This document shows positions 1 through 13,795 of a stretch of DNA of 64,000 bases, piece after piece. The stretch's first letter is position 1. Every line of letters begins with the position of its first letter. Below the pieces are notes generated by a model that did not search any database, had not been told where the DNA came from, and saw only the letters and a list, made by a program, of their open reading frames with translations. The stretch lies in contig NC_092673.1 in NCBI RefSeq assembly GCF_964355755.1, forward strand, positions 21,635,648-21,699,647, given 5' to 3'. The position numbers were made by a program, and so were the translations under genes. The DNA is from Antedon mediterranea. Lineage: Eukaryota > Animalia > Echinodermata.

Positions 1-1521
1 GCTTCGTGGGTTTTCATCATGATGTAAATAATTTATTAGATAATAAAAAAAAGGAAATAAGGTATAATTTTTTATAATTACAACATTTTATGAAAAGAAC
101 AATGCTGATAGAAATGTTAATTTTTTTGGGTTGGTCAGTGCCAATTTTGATAAAAAAAATCTTTGTTTTATACAAAATAATGACTGGAGTACAATAGTAT
201 GTTATATAATTCTCAGTTTCATTTAGGCTACATTTGCAGGATGACTGTTAGACTCAATAGCTGCCTTGTTAGAAAGTTCCAAAGCCAACATTCAATATAA
301 AAATTCAGTTCCTCATTTTTTTTAACTGTTTTCTACTAATACTAATAGCATTTTCATAGTTTTACAATAATTATCATTACTTTCCATCAAATTAGTATTA
401 ATATTTCAAATAAGATGCATAATGGCAGTTAATGAAAATCTCTCTATTTCCACATTACATACATTTAAAAGCGACGGAATGTTACAACAATGCCAAGACT
501 TTGTCAAAAGTCTACAGTATGCTATTTTATGAATCATAGCTCATAATAAAAATAAGGCATTTCAAAGGCTATTTTTTCACTGTTCTGAGCATAAAGTAAG
601 AATTATTGTATGCCAAGAGCATCTTATAAGTTTAACTATCGCAGGAATATTTTACGAGTTCCTCCATAATGGCGTGAGGATGCAATATTTTCTATTCATA
701 TTGAATTTTGTAAAATTACTGTTTACTATCTTTATATTATCAGAATACTGCAATTACTGTAAATTACTTAATTAAAATAAAAAAAAAAAATACAATTTCT
801 TCATATAAACATTCTTCTGTAAAGTATTTTATAATTTAAATAAATTACAAATAATTTTGACGTTTTGTTTTTGACATTTGAGTTGGTCCATATTTTGTTA
901 AAAACATTTTTACAATTTTTTTAAATTTGAATTTTATCTCATTTGTGACACATTATTCATGCTAGTGGCAATAAAAAATAGCCTTTTTTTACATTCATCG
1001 TTAATTTAATTTTCATCTAAAAATGTGATTTTAATTTACTTTTTAAACATATTACACTACAGTAGGTACTGTACTAGAAAAATGAACCTGCTAAATTTGA
1101 ATATTCATGATTAAAATTAATTTCTATTGCATGTTAATTCCTTTGAAAATTCTTGAAAATGGTTCTATGATGGTACCGAAACGTCGATCTCTCTTTTTGT
1201 CATTAAATTTTATATTGAAATGTTGAATATTGAAATAAAGTAATTCACTCACAGTTATTCAGATTAGGTTCATCCATAGTTCATTAGTTTATTCAGCTTA
1301 ATAGTTCCTAATATTAAATGCTGACATTTTCAATATTAAAGATCCACTAAATTTAGAATTTGAAAAAAAACATAGTTTATTGTATTGTAAAAATGTAATA
1401 TTTAATCTTTTTTAAATACTATAGTTCTTGTGTTAATTCAATTTTTTTAGTTTTTGTATTTACCTCAGGGGCTGTTATACAGTAGTTAAAAATCATATTT
1501 CCAATACCATCGAATCTTTAA

Positions 1522-1861
1522 AGATATATTGTCCCCTGAAAAAATAAAATTTTGTTGTTGAATATGCCATTTTAATGTCACATACAGTATTACTATTAGT
1601 TATCTACTTTGATCAAAATTTGGATCGAAAAAAAAAATGATTTACCTTAATAAAAAAATGTAATTTAAAGCAAAAAATATTCAAATTGGCTGTCAGCTAA
1701 AGGGGTTTGGTTGAATTTAACCACTTATTTTGTCATTTTATAAGTGAAAACATTTTTTTTCTTCTATGGAAGTGATTAATTTCATTAACACTACAAAATA
1801 ACCTATTTAAAGAATGATTTTATTAATCTTTGTTTTTCATGTTTTTGGGGACAATACATCT
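1522..1861. mobile_element. TTAA-flanked non-autonomous DNA transposon (Kolobok-like), family C
   Basis: TTAA|AGATATATTGTCCCC...GGGGACAATACATCT|TTAA; related copies near 22173-22370, 35263-35520, 36588-36928, 42073-42393, 43585-43870. Confidence 0.75.
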
Positions 1862-4544
1862 TTAAAATAAAAATTGTCCAATTCTGTGACAAATCATAAC
1901 CAAGTCATCTCAATCTCAACGTGATTCTAATTTTTAAAATCAACGTCATCTATGTACATCTATGTTACTAATGTCTGGAAGACCTAGTGTTGATATAGAA
2001 TGCTGCATTATAGCAATGTTACGACTTTAATTTCAGTCTTTTTTCGTCCCCAGCACAAGTATGATAGATTACTATAGGTGTTTATATTTCACTGACAGAT
2101 CAACTGTTTTTTCTTCAATTGCTTTGAGATGAGATTGTTTTGATCTTGCATTATACAATTTGGAAACCAATTAGTTTGTTTCAGACATTGTTGATATTTA
2201 AAGTTTTCCTCTAATAAAAATAAAAGTCTTGATTTAATGCAAGAAAGTTTAATGGTCAAACGTTATCCAGCAATTTAAGGTGTTTACATTAGTATTACTA
2301 TCTTAATGTCAGCAGCTTATTAGGTAGGATGAGGATGGTGAATGCGCACTCATTCTACTGTACCCAGCTGGAATACGAAATTACTGTATAACAAGAGATT
2401 TGTAAGAGTTCTTTTTTTCCTTTATATTATCTAAGGCAAGCCACGATAGAGTATTGTAATTTCCATTAAATTGGATAATAAAAGGAATCTGTAATCTTAT
2501 TATGTACTGTGCACTCTTCACTTATAGAATATTTTTAAAGACAAATTGTAAACTGTAAAAATACATGTGTGATGTTTCTACTTGTCATACACGTACAGTA
2601 TGTATTCGTGCATGATTTAACGTAAAGAATTATAGAGTTGATATCAAAACCAGATAAAAACATTTTTCGAAGATTTGTAAAAATACTGTTTATTAAATTA
2701 ACAGGTGGTTCTATTAATTATTGTAAAAGAATTTTTAGATTTCGTGAGGTGGTTTCCCGATTAATCGTACAATCAAAACGGTACTGGGTATGATCAACTA
2801 GCGTTCGTGTTCCCACCTAATCATCCATTCATAGAAGTACTGATGAAGATATCAATCTGTGGCGACAATAGAATGGACCCGAGACCTGGCTATCTTCGAC
2901 TTTTAAATAATAGAAAGTTGAGAAAAATACGAACTACGACTAAAGTCCGGTTTAAGAATACGGGCGTTAGATTATTTTCATAAATTTTACACACTGTTAC
3001 CAATTACGGTTTAGCCATCTAGTGTATCTTATTCATGTCTTGCTGCTTAGCGTATCATCTACTGTTAATAGTTGAATCATTACTAATACTATACTCGGCA
3101 CGCAACCACATATTGATTTCTTTGCATATTTATTCAACATCTACTTATCACCTACACCTAGTGGTTGTTGGGCAGTATTGCCATACAGTATTTACTGTAA
3201 CTTAGTTATTGTATATATTATTAAATATCATTTCAGAACAATCAGCCTTTTCCATTTTACAAAAATCCATTGTGTACCACTCAGCCCTATACAGTACCTC
3301 AATTTTACAACACTCAATGTGTCAATTTTACAACACTCAACTTTCTCTATGTCTGAAAAAGAAATGATGATGTTTGTGTGAAACCTCAACTTGAAGGCGT
3401 ATTTTACAGTCTATACTATTAGGAAGATGGGTGTTTGTAACAATTGTTCATGTGTCTGCACGTCTACAGTAACACTATCATATGTGCCAACTATACTTTT
3501 TGATTAAAAAATAAATCATAAATAATTCATTATTTTTTCCTTATAATATTGTGATCCAATTCAATCCACTATAATAGTCTGAGCAATCCAGTATGAGTTC
3601 ACAATGCGGTTAAAGGCTTAAATCTTGGATAACAATAATTAAATGATTAATACCGCAATAGAAACAATTTAACCCATACATAATGAATAGGGCAATGTAA
3701 TGCGTGGCATGCTGCATTCTATCCTCACGTATTTAAATATCAACGGTGGATTGACGTACACAACACAATGCTCTAATCTATCCATTAAGGTACTTATGTT
3801 TGTGCTCTCTTTCTAGTTTAAATACCTACATGTGCAAAGCATAATTTATGAATAAATCTGCCGTATGTCTTTAGAGGTCTTCCCATCAAATTATGTTTCA
3901 TTTTATTAGTTTGTTTTTGTAAAATGTCTATATCGCTATCAGCCGTGTCTCTATGAGAATCTTTCTACATCTGTTTGTGTCCGCATAAGCCATGTTTAAT
4001 GTTAATTTCCATCCCTATTCTTATTATCCAAGCCATATTCAAGCCAAAGACACATTTAACATACAAGATCTCTTTTTAAACATTAATTGTTCATAAGTGA
4101 GTTTTAATTATTTGAACTGTGGCACATTATTAGTTTATTCAAATAGAACTGTACGCGATTGGCGTACTATCTTATACTGTGCCAAGTTTTTGGACAGCAT
4201 GGTGTGTTCACGCAGGTTGGGTTGAAACGTTGTCATTTTATGTTATGTTGAAGTATAGAGTATTCAATCACTTTACTGAAAATAGTGGTCAATATATTTA
4301 TTCGAGTCAGTAAAATTGGTGGGTTGAACAGATAAAATAAGGTGGAATGCCATCCTGAGATGAGTAGTAGTAATTAGTCTTGTTTATTTTTTTTATATGT
4401 AATTTTTACTTTCTATTGACCAGAGATTCCGAAATAAAAGATTGAATGAATGAATGAATGAATAACATCCTTTTTTTGAATTTTTCTTTGGAGGGGAAAC
4501 AATAGATTGATTATAAAATAACACTTGGTCTATTTCGTGCCTAC

Positions 4545-4785
4545 AGTAGCTTACCTAGATAAACCAACAATAGCCCTTTCTTCTCAAAGAGCAAGATATA
4601 CTCGAAAAGTAGAAGTTTTTTATTGAACACCCCTCTCCACAAATGATATAATCCATGAACTACAGTATGCCCTCAGGTGGGAGCCTCCCCACAAACCACC
4701 ATCATCATTTCGCAAGACCACTTGTCTGAGGATAAAGGGAGGGCGTTTATCCAGGTAAGTCAACACCACTGTTGGTTTGTGTAAT
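4545..4785 (+). mobile_element. Repeat with subterminal inverted repeats and 3' hairpin (HINE/Helentron-like)
   Basis: CTTACCTAGATAAAC...GTTTATCCAGGTAAG followed by CAACACCACTGTTG; relatives near 7298, 12453, 13572-13733, 40521, 51925-52160, 58983. Confidence 0.5.
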
Positions 4786-5204
4786 AGTCCCAAAAGAGTT
4801 TACAGTATAAAATTCAGATGGTATGTGAATAAGAAGTACTGTAGTCTAATTTCTATTTCATAATACATTCATGTGTAAAAAAAAAATGCCTGCGAGTCAG
4901 TCTTTTACAGTAGTACTATAAATGTGTGTCCAGACTTTTAAAACAACTCTAATATATCAGTTTTGTAGACAGTCAATAAAAAAGTCTACACAAAATGCAA
5001 TATTAATTATCCTGTCTACCTGAACTTTGTAGTAAAATGAATCACCTATAAAAATAAATGGTTATACACCCTGAAACCAGTTTATAATTGATTACATTAT
5101 GGTTTTATTTTATATTGAAAACAAATATAATGAATCGTAATGAATTTAATCTTTTATCATCCATGTTACGGAACGACCAAGGACCAAAGACCAACCTACT
5201 ATAA

Positions 5205-5362
5205 TGCTCTGTACACTATCAAATTAGTTTGCTAAAAAAAGTGTGATGTGCCCAAATATGATAGTGATGTGCCCAAATATGGTAGTGATATGACATCATC
5301 ATGTCCATATTGGGCACATCACATTTTTTTTCACATAAAGTTTGATAGAGTAGACAGAGCTT
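5205..5362. mobile_element. MITE family A copy
   Basis: GCTCTGTACACTATCAAA...TTTGATAGAGTAGACAGAGCT; reverse orientation relative to 5962-6100. Confidence 0.8.
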
Positions 5363-5961
5363 AACATGATGTAGTTTGGTCGTTCGTCGTTGTAAATCAA
5401 AACATCTCATTTTAGGTCTTTCATTTTAATTAATCTTTAAATTTAATTATGCTTTTACTGTCATTCATAGTTTTAAATAAACATTAAATAGTAATGAGGC
5501 AGAGTACAAATTTTTTACAAGATGCTACTATACACTTGATCTTTGTACATGAACTTTAAACTTTTGAATCCGTTTTCTTTCCGAATAAAGGAGATTGTAT
5601 TTGTTTTCACTTAATACCAAACTTACAGGTATTTCTTATTTTTTTCAGATGGATATTATAATCATTACATACTATACAATGATGATGAGTTAAGGAGGAG
5701 CAACTAACAAGAAGCAAAGTAAGCTACTGTAATCATTGCCTGATGAACCTTTCACCTATGATTAAAGTATCGGCTTAAAACAGTCGATTATATTATGTTG
5801 AAAGATCAAGTCCAAACATTCATGTATTTTAAATACAATGAATACGAATACATCCATCATATAAAAATCAATATAAATAGTATGTACTGTGTTTAAAATC
5901 AAAGAGAAATTATGAAAAACCAAAAAAGTAATTCAGAATACTCTTCAAACAACCATTATAA

Positions 5962-6100
5962 AGCTCTGTCCGACTACACTATCAAACTTTATGTGACAAA
6001 AAAATGTGATGTGCCCATATATGGACATGATGATGTCATATCACTACTATATTTGGACACATCACACCTTTTTTGTCAGTTTGATAGTGTGAACAGAGCT
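5962..6100. mobile_element. MITE family A (PIF/Harbinger-like, TAA target duplication)
   Basis: TAA|AGCTCTGTC...ACAGAGCT|TAA, about 24-bp TIR; about ten copies in the window. Confidence 0.85.
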
Positions 6101-6210
6101 TAAGCAAATAGAATCAGAATCTGCAAGAATACATCAAGAACTGTAGTTAAAATTGAATTGAAAATATCATTATTAAATCTTCATAGTTGTTTGTTTGTAT
6201 TATTTATTTA

Positions 6211-6475
6211 TACTTGGCGACCTCTTCAGTCAAACACTGGTCTCCCAGAGGGCCCAGTTATGATCAGTGGCTGATGTACTAGTACACCGGAGTAACCCCT
6301 ACTCGTCTCGAAAGATGCATTAGGTTCTTTAAGTGCACACGAGCTAGATGTGTACAGTGGAACTACGGTTTACAGTCCTTATCCGAGAAGACTCGTTCTT
6401 CCACCAGAACCAAGGAGAGAGTGAGCCTCGAAAGATTGCTGACGTTTTGGCTATGGTTCCACAGTCTTGACCGTT
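6211..6475 (-). mobile_element. tRNA-Deu SINE copy
   Basis: Reverse complement of 9527-9815 (cctcttcagtcaaa...gtccttatccgagaagactcg). Confidence 0.75.
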
Positions 6476-6514
6476 ATTCACTGTTATAGCAAAACCGGGT
6501 TATTATTCTATTTA

Positions 6515-6689
6515 AGCTTGGTTCCCACTAGAACGTAACGCAAGGACGTAAACGCAACGCAAGCGTTTTAACCAATGACAAGCGAAGTTATAGACAGTTA
6601 GCAATCACAAGCGAATAAGCCATCGTGATTGGTCAATTCACTTGCGTTGCGTTACGTCCTTGTGTTGCGACGCTAGTGGGAACCACGCT
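6515..6689. mobile_element. MITE family B (long palindromic TIRs)
   Basis: AGCTTGGTTCCCACTAG...CTAGTGGGAACCACGCT in a TTAA/TWA context; copies at 7388-7550, 33779-33893, 34152-34294. Confidence 0.85.
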
Positions 6690-7387
6690 TAATAAATTAT
6701 TACAATGAGAGATTGTTGTACTGTACACTTGTCAAATAGATCCAATAGTTAATTGAAATTTACATTCAATTACTTTTAATTATAAGAAACCAATTAGCAA
6801 TCCCACCAATGTTTATCTTATTGAACATTACAAACAAGATCACATTAATGTAACTGTTGTCGATATGTAGTTCAGCCGATTAAAGTGAGAATATTGGCAT
6901 TGTTGTCATGTCATGCCTAGGTGGGTTTAATGAACATTATGGAACTGCGATGTAATCAAATTTAGAGCCGCACGTTGCGGTCAGTCACCGTACGTTGCCA
7001 TGGAGTCCGATGTCTCCCGGCGGTGGCTTATGATCCAGTTATGATTATTATTATAAAATACTGTATTTATGTAACACATACTTGATTTATGCATATTTTT
7101 GTCACTTTGTTTTATTTTATTTCAAAAACAACAAAACAAAATGACAAAGTCTACTGTTATACTAGGTTTATTCAGGTTCTTAAGTATTTCCATGCAAACC
7201 CAAAAAAAACCCAAAGCAAACCCCATTGAACCAATATAAAAGTTATTGATTAATGTAGTGTGACTCACTTGGTCTACTTTTTTGTCTATTTCATGTCTAG
7301 CTTACCTGGATAAACCAACAATAGCCTTTCTCCTCGAAGAGCAAGAAATACTCGAAAAGTAGAAATTTTCATTTTTTCCATGGTTTA

Positions 7388-7550
7388 AGCTTGGTTCGCA
7401 CTAGAACGTAACGCAAGGACGTAAACGCAACGCAAGCGTGTTGACCAATGACAGTTAGCAATCACAAGCGAATAAGCCATCGCTTGTGATTGGTCAATTC
7501 ACTTGCGTTGCGTTACGTCCTTGCGTTGCGTCGCTAGTGGGAACCACGCT
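7388..7550. mobile_element. MITE family B copy
   Basis: Near-identical to 6515-6689 apart from internal indels. Confidence 0.85.
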
Positions 7551-8430
7551 TAAGCAATACTTATTTACCAACAAAATGCCACGTACATGTACCTTTGTAC
7601 TGCTTGCCTAAAGCGCCAAGTTTTCAGAATGCATGTAGTAAGACCCACTTTGGGACATTTGGTACTTGACAAATCTGGACATTGTTTGCTGCTTAATGGT
7701 CAGTTAGGCCTAATGTACTGTGTCATTTTAAACAGTGATACAGTATTCTAGGTACGCTGTTTATGTGTGTATTGAGAGAAAACTAGGGTGGAATCCGGTG
7801 GTGGTGGTGGTGGTGGTGAGGAGGGGGCCTAGAATGTGGTAATGTATTGGAACATTGAAGGAGTCAATTAGTGACATGTACAATTATGTTTTAATAAATT
7901 TAATAACTACTGTAATGTAGTCATATCATAATCAATAATATTTTTTCTATTTTATGATAACTACTGTACAGGGACAGAGAAAGTAGTTAATCAAATGTTA
8001 TTAGCATAATTCAGTTTATCATTTAAAATTCTAATCATGAGTAAACTCCAAATGAGATTCTAGTCTTACTGTCTGGGTAATTAAGCACATTATCATGATA
8101 TATATAATCCGTAATGCAGATAGCGTTGCAGCAACTCATACTGCAGACGCTTGATGGGATTAAGAAGTATATTGCCAATTCTTTTACATCTCTTCCCTGT
8201 TTACATCTTGTGAATAGAGAGAAAGTTTTTTTTATTGCTTGATATTATAATAAATGATGATTTCTGTTATTGGATAGCACTCTCATCACCATGGAAACTG
8301 CTCAAAAGCCTTCCTTGGGAGTAGTGTTTTATTATTCTTGTTGCTAATAATTTTGAATTTTTATTTTTTTAAGCCATTTTTTTTCCATCCATTGTTTAGA
8401 AAGATTTGTATTTTTAACATTACTGTTTAA

Positions 8431-8818
8431 AGTCCCTATGTTTTTAGATCTAATTTACGGTCACAAACTACATTTAATGTAAAAATAAATACTATATGGC
8501 CCTATTGCGATATTTTTTTTGTCGATGATCAGTTAAGAATGTTAAAAATAAGTTGATTATAATAATTTTATCAGCCCACTATAAATCCCAACATTGAGCA
8601 TAAATTGATATTTTAGTTTTTCTTCTTTGTGATTGTGAATCACCTACTTTCGATCAATCGTGAAGGCCAAAATAAATAGAAAAATCATAACTTTTCAGCA
8701 AAAATAGGGATCACCCACAAAACACCATAAAACGTATATCTAAGACAATGGTTTAATGTTTTTAAAGTAATATATTATTATTTTTACAAAACTCAAAAAT
8801 TGTAGGGAATCGGTGTCT
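8431..8818. mobile_element. Family D element copy (inverted, internally deleted)
   Basis: TTAA flanks; shares ttttagatctaattt, cctattgcgata and cgatcaatcgtga blocks with the reverse complement of 40849-41471. Confidence 0.65.
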
Positions 8819-9526
8819 TTAAACTTTAACATTGATTATAATACAGTGGCACATCAGTTGATACTGTAATTCACCATTTATTATCAAACTAATAATAATA
8901 ATAATAATAAGATTTATAGAGCGCACATATCCACAAAGTGCTCAAGGCGTAGCCTTGTGAAAACCATGAGAAATGCAACCATGAAACTAAAAACAACAAA
9001 ATTTGCAAAAATAAAAAAAAAAAACGGGAAAAAAGGGAGACCAATCGAACCCACATCACTGCTTCCATGCATACTCGGATTAATTAAAAGTGTCTTTTAT
9101 AATGCTTTTTTTTTTTCCTACTACTATGATGTACTGTTTTTTTTCCATCACTCGTTATGCTATTGTATATTTATTTCCAAGAGGTTCAAGGTATTTAATA
9201 GTTCCATGTCAACCACTTTATGTTACAGTAAAATAAAATCTTTACATTCACTGGTTTTAGTAGGAGCAGTTGGCTATTTCCTGGAATTTAATTCCCATAC
9301 TGACAATTTTATTTTTTTCTACTTCTTCTCTTATCTTATCTAATCATAAACAAAAAGAAAATGTAATTGTACTAGGCAGAAGTGACTGGGGGAAAACATC
9401 CACCGTCAAAGTCTCCTAAAGCTTTACAGCTTACCACCCACCCAACATAACTGTTTTGTATTTATCTCTATCAAGCCGTAGCTTTTTGACACTCATGCCT
9501 ATACATCATTGGTCACATGATGAACA

Positions 9527-9815
9527 GAGTGAGTGAGTGGCCGAGCGGTTAAGAGAGTGGAACCGTAATTACGTAGCCATAATATCGGCAGGGGTTTGAG
9601 GCTCACTCATGGTTCTGGTGGTAGAACGAGTCTTCTCGGATAAGGACTATAAACCGTAGGTCCAGTGTACACAAATAGCTCGTGTGCACTTTAAAGAACC
9701 TAGTACATCTTTCGAGACGAGTAGGGGGTTACCCCAGTGTATTAATACATAACAGCCACTGATCACCAACTGGGCCCTCTGGGAGACCAGTCTTTGACTG
9801 AAGAGGTTACCCAGT
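9527..9815 (+). mobile_element. tRNA-derived SINE with Deu/Nin-like central domain
   Basis: GTGGCCGAGCGGTTAAG A-box; GTCTTCTCGGATAAGGACTATAAACCGTAGGTCC...TTAAAGAACC...GAGTAGGGGG resembles the recalled Deu-domain consensus; TTTCAA-rich tail. Confidence 0.75.
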
Positions 9816-10897
9816 ATATTTATTTCAATTTCAAAATTTAAATTTATTTCAATTTCAATTTCAATAACATATACAGTATCAGTACCTGTACAAGTACAGT
9901 ATAAAGCGATCATCTTTACAACAGATCATATCATAGCAATATTGTAGATGATTTAATAATTTTCATAAAGCGTATCATCTACAGTATGTCAAAGTGCTAC
10001 CATGTTATGTTATATCACAGCTAATAATGCATACAATAAGTTTTTTGCATTATATAGAATATAATGTGCATCGTCGTATGAGGATGACACCATTTTTTAA
10101 AGGTCATTTGTATCAATTGTGTTCTGGATCATTTGTATAGAGTCGGTTGTATAGAGTCGGTTATTTAATAGTAATAGTATCCTCACTATTGATGTGTAAA
10201 TGTTGCACCTGATTCTTGGATACATAAGTATCATAGTCAAATTCTGTGATGTCTGTACTGATTACTGATGTGTCACAACAAATCTTTATCAATCATGGAA
10301 TTAATAGGTTAATTTAATTTAATTTTATGCATTATTGACTTTATTAATATTTAAAGTAATATTAATCTCTGAATCATATTCTTAGAGATGCAGTCAATAT
10401 TCTGGTAAACAAACCTTTTCTAGGCCAACTGCCTGATTTGGAATGGTCTTTTTTACATTTGTAACTAATTTATTATCGTTTCCATTATTTGCAGTTACTG
10501 TATTACAATCAGTCTGGGACAAGGTCTGAGAAAAAAATCATCGCAACACAATTTAAATTTCTTAGGTTGCTGCCTACCGCAATCTCCTTCTTTAATTCCT
10601 ACATGGTACAATGCATTATAATTCAAATAACAATACGTCTACATAAATTTGCATTGAAAGCATCTAAAACAAATTATTTGTTATGAGTTCTCATTGACGA
10701 TAGCGACAGTGATGATAATTTCTCAAAGCTACAGCTCGCTATTTTAATGTTTCAGAGATAAAGGAGTTTGTACAGCTATTTGTTATAGCCATCTTGTCGT
10801 TAATATATATGGTCAATCTTAACCAATCACTTTTGCCTAGTTAATTTTCATAAATTAATGATAAATATTCAAAAGATATTTTATTATGCAAAGCTAA

Positions 10898-11046
10898 AGC
10901 TCTGTCTACACTATCCAACTAGTTTGACAAAAAAAGTGTGATGTGCCCAAATGTTAGTGATATAACCAAATATGATAGTGATATGACATCATCATGTCCA
11001 TACACATTTTTTTTGTCACATAAAATTTAATAGTGTGGACAGAGCT
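10898..11046. mobile_element. MITE family A copy
   Basis: AGCTCTGTCTACACTATC...TAGTGTGGACAGAGCT. Confidence 0.8.
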
Positions 11047-11922
11047 TTGACTGCAGTATCAAGTACATACATACAGTATGTTTATTGCTGTGTTTTAAGA
11101 ATGATTCAGTCATTCTAGTAATAGTATTGATTTACCTTCAAATAATACGGTATTTTAAGTCTTAAGTCCAATTCTAATTATCATAAAAGATTAATTAATA
11201 AATATATACAGTATTTTACTTCAATTAGGGACAAATATCCATTTTACTTCTTTGAATTTATTATTTTATATCTATTCCTAATGACGGATGGGACTTTCCC
11301 TACAGTATTACATTTTCTAGAGGAAAAAAATAAATGTCAAATATTCCATAAATGTAATGTAATAAAATTAATTAATTAAGAAAAAATAATGATTTTCTTT
11401 AAAAATCCATTTCCAGAGTCCAAGATGTACTGTAGTTACTGCAGTTTAAAAAATTATTTGATCTGTTTTCTTAAATATTTTCTATGTCATGTCCATTGCT
11501 GATAAATCTAATTATCATTCTAATCAATTTAAAATTACAAATTACTTTATGGTCTCATCATTATCTATACTTAAATCATATCTTTATATACTGCTAATGC
11601 TATTATTAGCAAATATAAAATGCAATTACCTTAATATCATAAATTTAAAATGATATGTATCATTTAAATGAATATGTAATTCTCTTCGTATAACAGATGA
11701 TTCATCATATGACCGAGTCCAAGTGAATCGTGTCACTGGAGAACTGTACGCGAATACAGAATATATTGTTAACGTTACTTGAATTACACAGATTTAAATT
11801 GACCTCAATAGAATCTTATAGTATTACTCTACAAGATTTCTGTTTTTTTAAGTGTATATTAAAGTTGCAATTGCAGACTTGACTATAAATGTGTAGGAGC
11901 CGTTTCCACTGAAAATAAACAT

Positions 11923-12140
11923 ATCAAAACGTATAGAAACATACTCCCATAATGCAGCTAGTAATCAGCGCAAAGTTGTGTCTTGATCTAACCGGGTACC
12001 CATTTTTACTACTGGGTGGAGAGAGGCAAATGTAAGTAAAGTGTCTTGCCTAAGGATACAAGCCATGCGGTGAGAGTTTGATTTCAACCACAATCTCACG
12101 ATCAGTAATCCAGTGTCCAACACACTGCGCCACATACCCT
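11923..12140 (-). mobile_element. Second tRNA-derived SINE family (CORE/Meta-like core)
   Basis: Minus strand GTGGCGCAGTGTGTTGG head and TTGCCTCTCTCCACCCAG...AATGGGTACC core; partial copy at 12157-12275. Confidence 0.7.
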
Positions 12141-13063
12141 CACAATTTTTATTTATACATTATTACCCTAGTCATTTTTTGGATCAAACATGTATAGAAA
12201 CATACTCCCATAATGCAGCTGGTAATAATATCTAACCGGGTACCCATTTTATAATTGTACATCTGGGTGGAGAGTGATGTATGATGATGTAAAACTCATC
12301 CAACATTTTCGTCATTATAGTGAAGATACAGGTGCTACCTGTTTCTCCCCTCCTTTCTTCTCTTTTTCCCCCATAAAATGATACCTTTTATAAAAACGAC
12401 AATCACTAACTGTACACACTACTGTACATACTATGTCAGTCTATATTGTGCCTAGCTTACCTGTATAAACCAACAATAGCCCGTGTTCTCCAAACTACTG
12501 GTTTGTGTAATTTTTTTTGTTTAATGATTATTTATACAGTATACTCAAATGTAATCAACAATAAAAATAATATATTTTACAATCCCTTGCCCGTTGTCGA
12601 GTCAACGTAACCAAAAATGGTTTCATTCAAAGATTATCCAAGCTTTTTAATTCAATTTCTATTATTAAGGATAAGACTATCGATATTTGTTTTGACACTT
12701 TGTCCAAATTTAAGTATAAAATTCTTAAATCGATTTAAGTTTGCCTTTTTGTATGTTTCATGTTTTGTATTTTAATGTGCTTTTAATTCTATATTTATAT
12801 CTTAAGAGTTTTAAGGCATCCTGTAATTGGCGATTTTTTGCTGTTGGATATGGTTGAAATAAAATAAAAATTAAAAATTAAACAACTTGCTTAATTTGTG
12901 CAACATTTACAGTATCTACTACAGTACTAGGAAATGTACAATAATGATGCATATATAATTCTGCTAATGTGCTGTATTATCATAACCCACTATGATTCAG
13001 AATTGCACTGGACGGCAATTGTGTGCTTGAAATTGATATTGATGTATGATAATTTGAATTTAG

Positions 13064-13077
13064 GTTGCCATGGAAAC
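13064..13077. promoter_or_regulatory. RFX X-box (GTTGCCATGGAAAC) upstream of ALMS1-like gene
   Basis: Near-perfect palindromic X-box 1.8 kb upstream of the ATG; partial matches at 6994-7007 and 8285-8298. Confidence 0.5.
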
Positions 13078-13500
13078 AGAATATTAATAATTACAGTCTG
13101 ATGTGATGTTTCTATGTATTCACCTTTCTATTTCTGTTTTCTAACAGTATGCTATGTTAATTTTTAAAATATAAATTTTACATCTTTACAAATTTTAATT
13201 TGAAAAAGAAATAGCTAAACTTTTATTAGACTTTTTTGTTAACAACCTGTTGATTGAATTTGTGAATGTACAATTTAAAAAATCTGCTGTATGCACCAAT
13301 TCACAATTCCTCACACATCAATATTAGTTTATTTAACAGAAGGGCCTTTATTTGTCCATACACCATTATCATTGAGCTCACTGACATTTTGAATGTATGA
13401 CAGTGCATCGTCAAGGGACTAGACATGCAAAGTAGTTAATAATGTGAGCGAATGGGAGTTTGATACAAACTCACATTGTACTCAATAATGAGTAATCTAT

Positions 13501-13795
13501 AGCTCTGTCTACACTATCAAACTTTATGTGATAACAAAATGTGATGTGCCCATATATGGGCATGATGATGACAAGCATCTCGTGGAATGGTGAGGTACTA
13601 TATGCATAGGCGTTGTCGCCCACCTTATTTTTACTTTTCGGTTATGTTCTCCCCTTGAAGGGAAAAAGGCCTATGTTGGTTCATCTAGGTAAGCTAACAC
13701 TCATAGACTACCAACACCATTATTGGTTTGCATAGTCACTACCATACAGTATTTAGGCCACATCACACTACAGTAGTTTGAGTGTAGACAGAGCT
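13501..13795. mobile_element. MITE family A copy with nested insertion
   Basis: Both TIRs present; about 13572-13733 is the reverse complement of the TTACCTAGATAAAC repeat family. Confidence 0.75.
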
